Shown here piece after piece: positions 15,787-24,103 of a stretch of DNA of 32,000 nucleotides. Location of the stretch: the NCBI GenBank assembly GCA_002368035.1, contig AP018222.1, forward strand, positions 2,879,079 to 2,911,078. Direction: 5' to 3'. How positions within the stretch are numbered: the stretch's first letter is position 1; every line of letters starts with the position of its first letter. A model generated the notes under the pieces. That model did no database searches. It had not been told where the DNA came from and was given only the letters and a program-made list of their open reading frames with translations. The translations under genes and the position numbers were made by a program. The DNA is from Nostoc linckia NIES-25. Its GTDB lineage: Bacteria; Cyanobacteriota; Cyanobacteriia; Cyanobacteriales; Nostocaceae.

Positions 15787-16164
15787 ATGAACAGAAAACT
15801 AATACTTAATTTGCTTTCCAATTCCACAATTTTTGCTTCGCTGATGTCCACCTTGGGAGTATTTCATCCCGCCCATGCTAGTATTACTCAGCGATTAATG
15901 CACACACAAGACGGTCGTACCTGTATCACTAACCCACATGGTGGAAAAGATTTTATATGCATTCGAGATTCTGAGAGAAAGCTCCCTTATACCTCTCAAC
16001 AACGTTCCGCAACCATTGTCACATCAATGTCAGATCAAAATATTGCTATGTTGAACTTTACCGATGAGGAAAGCGATGCAGCAATTAAATTATTTGGTTG
16101 CGACTGTCCGTATTGCATAAATTCTTTACGTCAGTTGCAGGGTACTGGAAACTTGGTGTATTAG
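15787..16164 (+). CDS. hypothetical small secreted protein with a C-terminal CxCxxC motif
   Basis: Has a signal-like N-terminus (MNRKLILNLLSNSTIFASLMSTLGVFHPAHA) and the C-terminal sequence FTDEESDAAIKLFGCDCPYCINSLRQLQG. Confidence 0.55.
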   Translation: MNRKLILNLLSNSTIFASLMSTLGVFHPAHASITQRLMHTQDGRTCITNPHGGKDFICIRDSERKLPYTSQQRSATIVTSMSDQNIAMLNFTDEESDAAIKLFGCDCPYCINSLRQLQGTGNLVY

Positions 16165-16481
16165 ACTTGAAAACTTTTGATGACGATCGCAATAACTTCT
16201 ATTAAACTGTTAACAACATCCCAATAGTTTGCACAAGTGTACCAATTTTGGATTTGAGATTTTGGACTTCGGCTTACCTCGACTTCTCTACGAGACGCTA
16301 CGCCCAGCCTTGCTTCCCCGAAGGGGTAGGCTCGGCACAAGTCGCTCAGTCGAAAGATTTGGGATTAAAAGTCTTAATCACAAAGCTATTCCAAGAATTC
16401 CAAACAATACTACTTATCCTAAATTTGGTAAAAAGTATACAAACCAAAAAAAGCATTTTTAATTACAACCAGAGGAAAGAA

Positions 16482-16563
16482 GACGCGGGGACGGAGATAT
16501 ATAAAGACGAAGAGATTAATTTTTCGGCGTTACTATGTCCCTGCATCCTCTTGTCCCCGCGTC
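16482..16563. repeat. 11-bp inverted repeat GACGCGGGGAC / GTCCCCGCGTC with a 60-nt spacer, just 3' of the helicase stop
   Basis: The arms lie at 16482-16492 and 16553-16563. This may be a dispersed REP-like element and/or a transcript-end structure. Confidence 0.5.
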
Positions 16564-16567
16564 CACT

Positions 16568-19240
16568 TCACTCAATCACTTCATTCACAGGGAATCTATC
16601 AATCAATTGCATTGCTCGATAAGCATTACGCTGGAAAGAGTTTGGTAAATTGGGAACGTGGGGTATCTGCGATAATAAATCTAACGTCCGCCGTAAAATT
16701 CTCACCACGTCACCTTCATCCAAACTGGTGTTGTTACACAGTTCTGTCCACTCCATACCTAGCGCCCATTGCTCCACAAGGGCAATTAATTCAAACTCCA
16801 ACCATATAGGTAATGCTACGTTATAACGTCGTTGCAGTTGAAACATTTGACGACGAATTCCCCGCAATTTTGCTAAGGCTTCTGTGACTTCATTACTGAG
16901 GTCAAAGTTAACCTTACTATCTGGACGTGGAGTTTCTGTCACCAAAGCCGCCGCCGCCGCTGCTAAATGGTGCGGATCTAAGTTGTCCAGTTCGCCGCTA
17001 GCGAATACTAAACCCAGCCACAATTCATTTTCCCCACGAATGGCAGCAGCAATTTGCCCTAGTTGTGTGGGTACTAGGTTATCCAATGCGCCAAAGTGTT
17101 GGAGAATTGCAATTAAATTGAGAAACTCTTCCCAATGACGTTGCGACTGTTGCTCTACTACACCTTGCAACTCTTCGAGTTCGGCTTCTAGTTCGACATA
17201 GCGGGCCCGGCGTTTGAAAATCGTTCCGGCATTGCCTGATTGATGTACGGGATGAGCTTCTATTTGCTCTTGGATGGCGGTAACGCGACTGAGTTGTTCG
17301 GCTACCTCTGGTGCCATATACAAAGACTCTACCGGATTGGGGATTTGGGTGGCGATCGCAAATGTTTCTTGACCGCTAAGAACTGGCTGTCCCGGCCTCA
17401 ACGGCATTTCTGTTGGTGGTAGCACTTCTGCTGGCACTTCAACTCGCGGCAGTTCGGCATACAAATCGACTACATCTGCTGTAGTTGCCACGTACCAACG
17501 GTTATCGTGTCCCAAGCATACCAAGTAAGGAGCGTCACCAGAACCAGGCGTTTTTCCCACTAACACTGCGGTTACAGGTGTAGACACTGGGATATTTTTA
17601 CCTTTGAGACTCAACAGAGTTCCTGACACTGCAAAGCCCAACATCATCGCCAATTGTTCTTGTCTATCTAAAAGCGCTTGTTCTTGCAGGGTTTTCAATA
17701 TCTGGCGTTCTACTTTTAACCGTTGCCGCAATTTCTCATAAACAGCCAGTTCATTTTCATCAACAGCGGCGATTTGTTCCTGCAATTGGGCTAATTGCCC
17801 TTGCAATTCCGCAATTTCATCATATTCAGGCCTTAAATGCAAAGTCGCCATGTACTGCCCAAAACTGCGTTCTATCAGTTCCCTGGCTTGCTCTAAGGTA
17901 TGGGTTTGCAGCAAGTTGAGTACCATACCATAACTCGGCGTAAACTGGCTGACTAGCGGATCTGGCTTGGATGTGGCCAAATACGCAGCTTCTTTGGCTC
18001 CTTCAAAGGGAGTTTGTACGCTCACCACATGCCCTTGTTTATCCATTCCCCGGCGGCCTGCCCGTCCCGCCATTTGCAGAAATTCGGAAGCGTTTAACAG
18101 GCGGTGTCCAGTATCAGTACGCTTGGAAAGGGTGGAAATTACCGTTGTTCGGGCGGGCATATTAATTCCCGCTGCCAGTGTCTCGGTGGCGAATACCACC
18201 TTAATCAGCCCCTGCTGAAATAGTTCTTCTACCAGTGCTTTCCATGCAGGTAGAATTCCGGCGTGGTGGGCGGCAATTCCTCGGTACAGGGGAGCAATTT
18301 GTCCAGAACGTCCTGCCTCAGGATTGCGGTTTAAAAACTCATCAATTTGTTCCCGTAAAATTTGGGACTCTTCATTATTTACCAGCCATAAATCGCCCAC
18401 TTCTGCCACTGCTTTATCACATCCCCGACGGCTGAAGATAAAGTAAATGGCTGGTAGCATATCTCGTTGCTGCAAGTGGTTCAACGTATAAATTATACCA
18501 GGAGCCTCTGGTCTACCAGCTTTTGTGCGATCGCCTTGTCTTCTTTTGCCTCGATTAGCCAGACGGGGGTTAATTTTGGTTTTGCTGTCATTCAACAGCG
18601 GAAACAAGCCTTTGGCATTACAAAAGTGGAATTCCAAAGGTACTGGGCGAAAATCCGAGTAAATCAGGTCTGTTGGCCCGTGGACGCGATTGAGCCAATC
18701 GGTGAGTTGATCGCTATTGGCTACCGTTGCGGAAAGGGCTGCCAGTTGAACTTCACGGGGACAGTAGATGATTGATTCTTCCCAAACTGTACCGCGTTGG
18801 CGATCGTTCATGTAGTGGCACTCATCTAGCACCACTGCGTCAACGTCCACTAACGAAATTCCAACTTGCCCAATGGGCGTACCATAAAGCATATTTCGGA
18901 AAATTTCTGTGGTCATCACTAAAATGGGTGCATCCCTGTTAATGGAAGCATCTCCAGTTAACAGTCCCACCATATCTAACCCGAATTTTTCTCGAAAATC
19001 ACGTAATTTTTGATTCGACAGCGCCTTCAGGGGAGTAGTGTAAAACACACGTTTTCCTCGCGACAAGGCGCGATAAATAGCGTATTCCCCTACTAATGTT
19101 TTGCCCGAACCTGTAGGCGCACATACAACTACGGAACGTCCAGCGTTAAGGGATGCGATCGCATCTTTCTGGAACCGATCCAGTTCAAAGGGAAATATCG
19201 ACCTCAGGTCAAGTTCAGGAGATGGCGCGGGATAATTCAC
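16568..19240 (-). CDS. Ski2/HelY-like DExH-box RNA helicase with a C-terminal DSHCT-type domain
   Basis: 890 aa carrying motif I APTGSGKT, motif II DECH (VVLDECHYM), SAT, and QMAGRAGRRG. It has a long helical C-terminal extension. Confidence 0.9.
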   Translation of the reverse strand: MNYPAPSPELDLRSIFPFELDRFQKDAIASLNAGRSVVVCAPTGSGKTLVGEYAIYRALSRGKRVFYTTPLKALSNQKLRDFREKFGLDMVGLLTGDASINRDAPILVMTTEIFRNMLYGTPIGQVGISLVDVDAVVLDECHYMNDRQRGTVWEESIIYCPREVQLAALSATVANSDQLTDWLNRVHGPTDLIYSDFRPVPLEFHFCNAKGLFPLLNDSKTKINPRLANRGKRRQGDRTKAGRPEAPGIIYTLNHLQQRDMLPAIYFIFSRRGCDKAVAEVGDLWLVNNEESQILREQIDEFLNRNPEAGRSGQIAPLYRGIAAHHAGILPAWKALVEELFQQGLIKVVFATETLAAGINMPARTTVISTLSKRTDTGHRLLNASEFLQMAGRAGRRGMDKQGHVVSVQTPFEGAKEAAYLATSKPDPLVSQFTPSYGMVLNLLQTHTLEQARELIERSFGQYMATLHLRPEYDEIAELQGQLAQLQEQIAAVDENELAVYEKLRQRLKVERQILKTLQEQALLDRQEQLAMMLGFAVSGTLLSLKGKNIPVSTPVTAVLVGKTPGSGDAPYLVCLGHDNRWYVATTADVVDLYAELPRVEVPAEVLPPTEMPLRPGQPVLSGQETFAIATQIPNPVESLYMAPEVAEQLSRVTAIQEQIEAHPVHQSGNAGTIFKRRARYVELEAELEELQGVVEQQSQRHWEEFLNLIAILQHFGALDNLVPTQLGQIAAAIRGENELWLGLVFASGELDNLDPHHLAAAAAALVTETPRPDSKVNFDLSNEVTEALAKLRGIRRQMFQLQRRYNVALPIWLEFELIALVEQWALGMEWTELCNNTSLDEGDVVRILRRTLDLLSQIPHVPNLPNSFQRNAYRAMQLIDRFPVNEVIE

Positions 19241-19303
19241 TCAATCACATTTGCAACCAGACTGTTTACTATACTAACGGGTCTTTTGTCAACTTCGTTA
19301 GGA

Positions 19304-19345
19304 ATTGGGCATTGGGCATTGGGCATTGGGCATTGGTCATTGGCA
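19304..19345. repeat. heptamer array ATTGGGC x4, ATTGGTC, ATTGGCA
   Basis: 7-nt periodicity. Confidence 0.9.
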
Positions 19346-19403
19346 GTGGGGAGGTTGGGAAGCTTTTTGATAATCTCCTCTCACTACCCCTTCTCGGTCA
19401 TCC

Positions 19404-19434
19404 TATGCGCCATGCCCCATGCCCTATGCCCCAT
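19404..19434. repeat. heptamer array (C/T)ATGCCC x3-4
   Basis: 7-nt periodicity, directly 3' of the proC stop on the minus strand. Confidence 0.8.
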
Positions 19435-19437
19435 TTT

Positions 19438-20256
19438 TCATTTTCCCAGTTCTTGCGATCGCTGTGTGGCAGCTTTTACTGCTTCAATTAAAGCTGAGCG
19501 AAATCCTGCCTTTTCTAGTTGGGCAATCCCGGCGATTGTTGTACCACCTGGACTGGTAACGCGATCTTTGAGTTCTGCTGGGTGCATTTTGGTTTCTTGT
19601 AATAGTTTTGCTGTTCCCAGTACAGTTTGCAAGGCTAACTGATTGGCAATGACTCTGGGTAAACCTGCGGCTACTCCGCCATCAGCCAGCGCTTCTACCA
19701 ACAGCGCTACGTAAGCCGGGCCGCTACCAGATAGCCCTGTAACTGCGTCCATCAAAACTTCTGAAACTTCTACGACTTCACCCACAGCAGAAAAAACTTT
19801 ATGTGCTATTTGGTAATGCTTCTGGTTGGTATATGCACCCGAACAAATCGCGGTAACTCCTGCTCCCACCGTTGCTGGAGTGTTAGGCATTGCTCTGATT
19901 ACTGGCAATTGCACAAATGCACCTTCTAACTGACTTAAAGTAACACCCGCTAAGATAGAAATAATCAATGGTGGGTGTTCTATATTCAGAATATCAATAT
20001 CAGCTAATTCTTGAGCGATAGTACTAAATACCTGGGGTTTCACTGCCAAAAACACTACTTCTTTTGCTTGGGTGAAAACCTGGCTGCTATCAGTTGTGAC
20101 AGCGACATTGTAGTGCTGTTTTAAAAATTCCTGGCGTGAGGGTAGCGGTTCGCTAACTATGACTTCTGAGGATTGATAAATTCCAAGGGCGATAAGGCGG
20201 GATAACAGCGATTCTCCCATTACCCCACCACCAATTAAGCCAAATTTAATAGTCAT
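19438..20256 (-). CDS. proC: pyrroline-5-carboxylate reductase
   Basis: 272 aa with the N-terminal Rossmann motif FGLIGGGVMGESL and the C-terminal sequence VTSPGGTTIAGI, typical of ProC. Confidence 0.92.
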   Translation of the reverse strand: MTIKFGLIGGGVMGESLLSRLIALGIYQSSEVIVSEPLPSRQEFLKQHYNVAVTTDSSQVFTQAKEVVFLAVKPQVFSTIAQELADIDILNIEHPPLIISILAGVTLSQLEGAFVQLPVIRAMPNTPATVGAGVTAICSGAYTNQKHYQIAHKVFSAVGEVVEVSEVLMDAVTGLSGSGPAYVALLVEALADGGVAAGLPRVIANQLALQTVLGTAKLLQETKMHPAELKDRVTSPGGTTIAGIAQLEKAGFRSALIEAVKAATQRSQELGK

Positions 20257-20322
20257 TAGTCATTAGTCATTAATCATTAGTCATTTGTCATCGGTCATTT
20301 GTCATTCGTCATTAGTTCATTG
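20253..20322. repeat. heptamer array, about 10 units of TCATTAG/TCATTTG (minus-strand reading AATGACT/AATGACA) running into the proC start codon
   Basis: 7-nt periodicity. The proC ATG (20256-20254) is the ATG of the last unit. Confidence 0.9.
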
Positions 20323-20476
20323 TTAACTAACAAAGGACAAAGCGCAAAGTCTCTTGCGTTCGCGTAGCGTCTCGAAAAGAGGTTTGCGACTATCAAAGGC
20401 CACTTGCTTTCAGTTGGGAAACCCGTCCAGGGCAGTGGCTTAACTTTGTAGGAGAGGACAAAAGACTAATTTAACT

Positions 20477-21085
20477 TTATTGTGCCATCCGGTTAGGTTC
20501 GCTGCCCCAACTTTGATTTGTAGATGAAGAACCTGCGGGGCGAGAAGGACGGGCTGGCGGTTGTGGTACTTCATGAAGAACTCCACCTTGGGTACTAACT
20601 TGTACGCAGCTTGGCGTAAACAAAAAGATGCTCTCACCGATGCGCTCTTGATGTCCATCTAAAGCGTAAGTGCCACCTGCTACAAAATCTACTGCTCGTT
20701 GAGCTTGATCTGGGTCCATAATTGTCAGGTTTAATACCACTGACTTGCGTTCTCGCAGCGCTTGAATTGCCTGAGGCATTTCTTCAAAGGTGCGTGGTTC
20801 GAGTACTAAAACTTCCGAAATTCCGTTAATTGCTCCTGGCATACCAATCACATTCCCCATTGGCTTTGAACCTGCTGCTGCTATCTCTTCTCCCATTGTA
20901 GGCACTGGTTCCCGCCAACGTCGATTTTGAGTTGCTGGGGCTTCTTGTGGCACTGGTTGGGGATTTTCTTGCTGATACAGATTTTGGTAATTATTGTCTG
21001 TATCTGCTTCTTCTTCGTAATACTCGTATTCCACTTGCTCATTTAGACCTACGAAGTCCCTGAGTTTGGAAAATATGTTGTTCAT
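20477..21085 (-). CDS. sepF: cell division protein SepF
   Basis: Has the conserved C-terminal SepF domain ([67 protein letters not shown]). Confidence 0.9.
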   Translation of the reverse strand: MNNIFSKLRDFVGLNEQVEYEYYEEEADTDNNYQNLYQQENPQPVPQEAPATQNRRWREPVPTMGEEIAAAGSKPMGNVIGMPGAINGISEVLVLEPRTFEEMPQAIQALRERKSVVLNLTIMDPDQAQRAVDFVAGGTYALDGHQERIGESIFLFTPSCVQVSTQGGVLHEVPQPPARPSRPAGSSSTNQSWGSEPNRMAQ

Positions 21086-21470
21086 TTTGTACTCTCCTGG
21101 TGCGAATAGTCGGTATTGACTTGGCTTAAAGGATTAATTTAGCCATCTGCTTAGGCGCAGCCCGCCGTAGGCATCGCTACATAGGTGGATACTTCAGCAA
21201 ATGTATTGCTATTTGTAGCCTATACTACGGGCTTTGGCGATGAACGGACACTTTTAGCAAGGCCTGTACATCGCCTAAACATAATAATGAGTCAAGATTA
21301 TATCCTAAGGTTTGTCCAAAGGAAAGTTCTTTTTACCCGAATTTTACTTGGCGATTGCTCTTGTCAATACTATATCCTTTGTTTCCAATTGCACCAGTCT
21401 GTTACAAAATTGTTGTCATCAAATCCCGATCTTTTAATTAATACTCAAGAACCAGCTTGACACTAGTATG

Positions 21471-22139
21471 CTATAAGCGATCGCCAAATAAGATAGTTCC
21501 CAATCGCACCATCGTTGCGCCTGCTTGCACTGCCAGTTCGTAGTCGCCTGACATACCCATAGACAACTGCTGCATTTTTATGTGCGGCCAGTTTTGCTCT
21601 TGGATTTCTTTTGCCAGTTCGCGACATCGATTAAACACGCTCAGAATTTCGGCATCGTCCAATCCTGAAGGCGGAATTGTCATCAAACCTTGAATTTGTA
21701 AAGTTTTGCATTGATTGAGAGCGGGTAAATCTGATAAAAGTTCTGGTACAGTCCAACCCGACTTGTTAGGATCGGGAAGAATTTTCACTTGCAAGCAAAC
21801 TTGGGGACTCACTCCTAGCTGTTGCGCCAATTGTTCTAAGCGCACTGCCAGCTTTAAATTATCTACGGAGTGAATCCAGTGGAATTGTTCAATGGCTTTT
21901 TTAGCTTTATTGCTTTGCAAATGTCCAATAAAGTGCCAAGTAACATCCGGTAAGTCTTGCAACTGGGCTTGTTTAATGGCGGCTTCTTGGATACGGCTCT
22001 CCCCAAAATCACGAATTCCTGCGGCATAGGCACAGCGAATAGCCTCAACAGGAACTTGCTTGCTAACAGCAATCAATCTGACTGAAGTTGGCAGCGAGGA
22101 GCGAATGGAAACAATACCTTCGTAAATCGAACTGCTCAT
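21471..22139 (-). CDS. pipY: YggS/COG0325-family PLP-binding protein (PipY)
   Basis: 222 aa with the motifs LIAVSK and HFIGHLQSNK. It overlaps pipX by 4 nt (ATGA). Confidence 0.9.
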   Translation of the reverse strand: MSSSIYEGIVSIRSSLPTSVRLIAVSKQVPVEAIRCAYAAGIRDFGESRIQEAAIKQAQLQDLPDVTWHFIGHLQSNKAKKAIEQFHWIHSVDNLKLAVRLEQLAQQLGVSPQVCLQVKILPDPNKSGWTVPELLSDLPALNQCKTLQIQGLMTIPPSGLDDAEILSVFNRCRELAKEIQEQNWPHIKMQQLSMGMSGDYELAVQAGATMVRLGTILFGDRL

Positions 22140-22414
22140 TGGAAGGTGCGTTGGAAAACACTCTGAAGCTGATCGTACTCCTGAGATTGCCCAGTGCGAC
22201 GCAGAGTACGTAAGCGATTTTCCAACATCATTCTAGCTTCAGTTCGTCCGATAGGCTGGAACTTAACACCTTTAATGTCATTTGCCACCAAAAAAAATAA
22301 ACGCTGGGCATAAAGTGTAGTGAATAGATCCTGGTTTTCATCAACCATACAGATCTTGTAAAGCAAACCCCAAGTTGGATGATTTATGTAAGTTTCTGCG
22401 TTTTCTGGATTCAT
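22136..22414 (-). CDS. pipX: PII-interacting protein PipX
   Basis: 92 aa containing NHPTWGLLYKIC...LFTTLYAQRLFFLV...FQPIGRTEARMMLENRLRTLRR, which closely resembles known PipX sequences. Confidence 0.9.
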   Translation of the reverse strand: MNPENAETYINHPTWGLLYKICMVDENQDLFTTLYAQRLFFLVANDIKGVKFQPIGRTEARMMLENRLRTLRRTGQSQEYDQLQSVFQRTFQ

Positions 22415-22711
22415 TGAATAGTCAAGGTGGGAGATATGTATGTGCTTTCGCAGTTCATTCCAAACATTCAGACGATAATACCAACATTCGTCAGAATCTT
22501 TTCTTAAAATGCGAAACTATGGTTTTGAAGACCTCGATCTAGTTTTTAATCGGCTTTTGAAGCTAGCGGTAGTGAGGCGGAAGTTGTTAAAAGCTTGGAC
22601 TGGCAGGGAAAACACCCGATAAACTTCCCAACGGCTACCAGGCCAACTTTCTAACTTCTTTCCATACTGCCACAACTGTCGCCTAATGGAGCAAAATAAC
22701 TTAACGTGAAT

Positions 22712-22795
22712 GGGGACTGGGGACTGGGGACTGGTGACTGGTGACTGGTGAATGGGGACTGGGGGCTGGGGAATGGGGACTGGGGACTGGGAAAT
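22712..22795. repeat. STRR heptamer array, 12 units of GGGGACT and variants
   Basis: 7-nt periodicity. ORFs 22651..22845 and 22701..22889 are translations of this array. Confidence 0.9.
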
Positions 22796-22889
22796 GCCTG
22801 ATGCCCACTTGCCCTGAGCGAAGGCGTACCCCTACTCTTAAGCAAGCTACGCGTAGCGTCTCGCTCCAGAAGGGATGCCCGATGCCCAT

Positions 22890-23775
22890 TTATTGATTAT
22901 TCAGCATTTTCAATGCTGTCAATTGTGCTTGAGCTTTGTGCAGAGATTCATACCATTCTCTCTCAGGATCGCTATCTGCAACAATTCCCGCGCCAATCTA
23001 AATAACGTGAGTTCGATGAACCTCTCCCCAACCCCTCTCCGAGGCGGAGAGGGGCAGAAATATTTTTAGTTTGCAACGAAAAAATTAGGGTTTCAAAGCC
23101 TCTCTCGCTGTGGGGGAGAGGTTTGGAGAGGGTTTTTACAGCCGTCGAACTCACGTTAAATAGCCACAGAAACCGTAGAATAAGCTGCGCCGCAGGGGTT
23201 CTAGTTCTTTGATAATTTCCATCTATGCAGCGGATTTTGGGACAACCTGTAATTGTGCCCCCAGCTAACCTAAGAATTTGTTCGGCGCGATCTAAAACGG
23301 CAAAACAATCTCGTTCGTACCAAAAAGCTACGGTAAATAGCAGGGGATCAATTTTTGTAGAGGGTAGCTTTTCAATTTCCCATGCAACATAGTAGCCTAG
23401 CTAATACCAATTCTGTATGAAGATGCGCCAAAGTATATAAGGAGCGTAGACGCGGAGCGGCTTGCCGCAGGCTACCGCAAAGGGCGCAAAGGACACAAAG
23501 AAAGAAAGAAAGAAGGAAGCAAGCCAAGAGAATTTGGCGCAGCCTCACAAAGAAATGGTATAACCCAACCAACCACCGTTAAAAGGTATGTGAAGTGGGG
23601 CATTGGGCATTGGTTATTCTCCCCATCTCCTTCATAACCCAATATCTGGCGTCCACATTTGTGGGATGCCATCGACTAGACGAGGAGCGCTTGCACAGAT
23701 AGAATATCGACTCAGTTGGGGATGTTCGATTGGCGTTGGGTAGGGACTTTCCAGTAAGGTAGCAATTCCCGTTAC
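22890..23775 (-). pseudogene. decayed chorismate-binding enzyme gene (anthranilate / aminodeoxychorismate synthase component I family)
   Basis: Minus-strand fragments read in order as follows. First: VTGIATLLESPYPTPIEHPQLSRYSICASAPRLV. Second: IFIQNWY-TAG-LGYYVAWEIEKLPSTKIDPLLFTVAFWYERDCFAVLDRAEQILRLAGGTITGCPKIRC. A frameshift then leads into MEIIKELEPLRRSLFYGFCGYL, followed by the MITE, then IGAGIVADSDPEREWYESLHKAQAQLTALKMLNNQ-stop. LLES, RYS, GGTITG.PK and GAGIVADSDPE.EW are TrpE/PabB hallmarks. Confidence 0.65.
23004..23156. mobile_element. 153-bp MITE inserted in the pseudogene, flanked by a 6-bp direct duplication TAAATA
   Basis: The terminal inverted repeats are ACGTGAGTTCGA (23004-23015) and TCGAACTCACGT (23145-23156). 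TAAATA lies at 22998-23003 and 23157-23162. Subterminal arms read CCTCTCCCCAACCCCTCTCC / GGAGAGGTTTGGAGAGGG. Confidence 0.8.
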
Positions 23776-24103
23776 CGAGAAGGGGGAAAGGGGAAAGGGT
23801 AAGGGGAAAAGGGTAAGAATTAAAAACTTTTCCCCCACACGGTATAGAGCAAGTATTTTTAAATATGGAGAATATTAAAAGAAGGTTTTTGAGACATGCA
23901 GTGCGATAAAAATTGCCGACTCCATATTTTGAAACCCCTATCTTAATTGTGGGGTTCCCTTTCCCCTTCCCCTTCTTCATGGTGGTGGGGCAAAACAAGG
24001 CAGCAAAAACTTCGGAACCTGTGCGCCTTTTTAAAGGTAGCGATCGCCAATACCAAGCCTTGGCATACTATATTAGAAGCTTTCTATTTTCAAGGGTGGC
24101 AAA

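Noticed and set aside
16229-16622. ORFs 16229..16462 and 16248..16622 downstream of the helicase.
   Set aside because: They cross dispersed-repeat sequence (GAGACGCTACGC core, GACGCGGGGAC inverted repeat) and overlap the helicase 3' end. There is no protein-like composition or start context.
21185-21460. ORF 21185..21460 (91 aa) in the pipY-sepF spacer.
   Set aside because: It lies on the strand opposite to the whole surrounding operon, has odd composition (Cys/Leu/Phe-rich) and no RBS, and crosses a dispersed-repeat core. It is treated as non-coding.
22651-22889. ORFs 22651..22845 and 22701..22889 (PSPQSP / HSPVPSP-rich 'proteins').
   Set aside because: They are translations of the GGGGACT heptamer array. 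The same applies to 19153..19491 and 19286..19642 (GGGCATT and ATGCCCC arrays) and to the C-terminal part of 624..938.
23004-23024. GAGTTCGATGAACC in the MITE terminus as a tRNA T-arm, i.e. a tRNA gene or tRNA-derived SINE.
   Set aside because: No acceptor stem, anticodon arm or D-arm can be drawn around it. The segment is simply part of the terminal inverted repeat.
23372-23998. ORFs 23372..23572, 23472..23672, 23579..23998, 23632..23838 and 23913..24107 as genes.
   Set aside because: They lie in repeat DNA and in the decayed trpE/pabB-family pseudogene. The low-complexity FPLPFPLSPF-type sequence comes from the G/C-run hairpin element. Only part of 23632..23838 carries genuine (pseudogene) coding signal.
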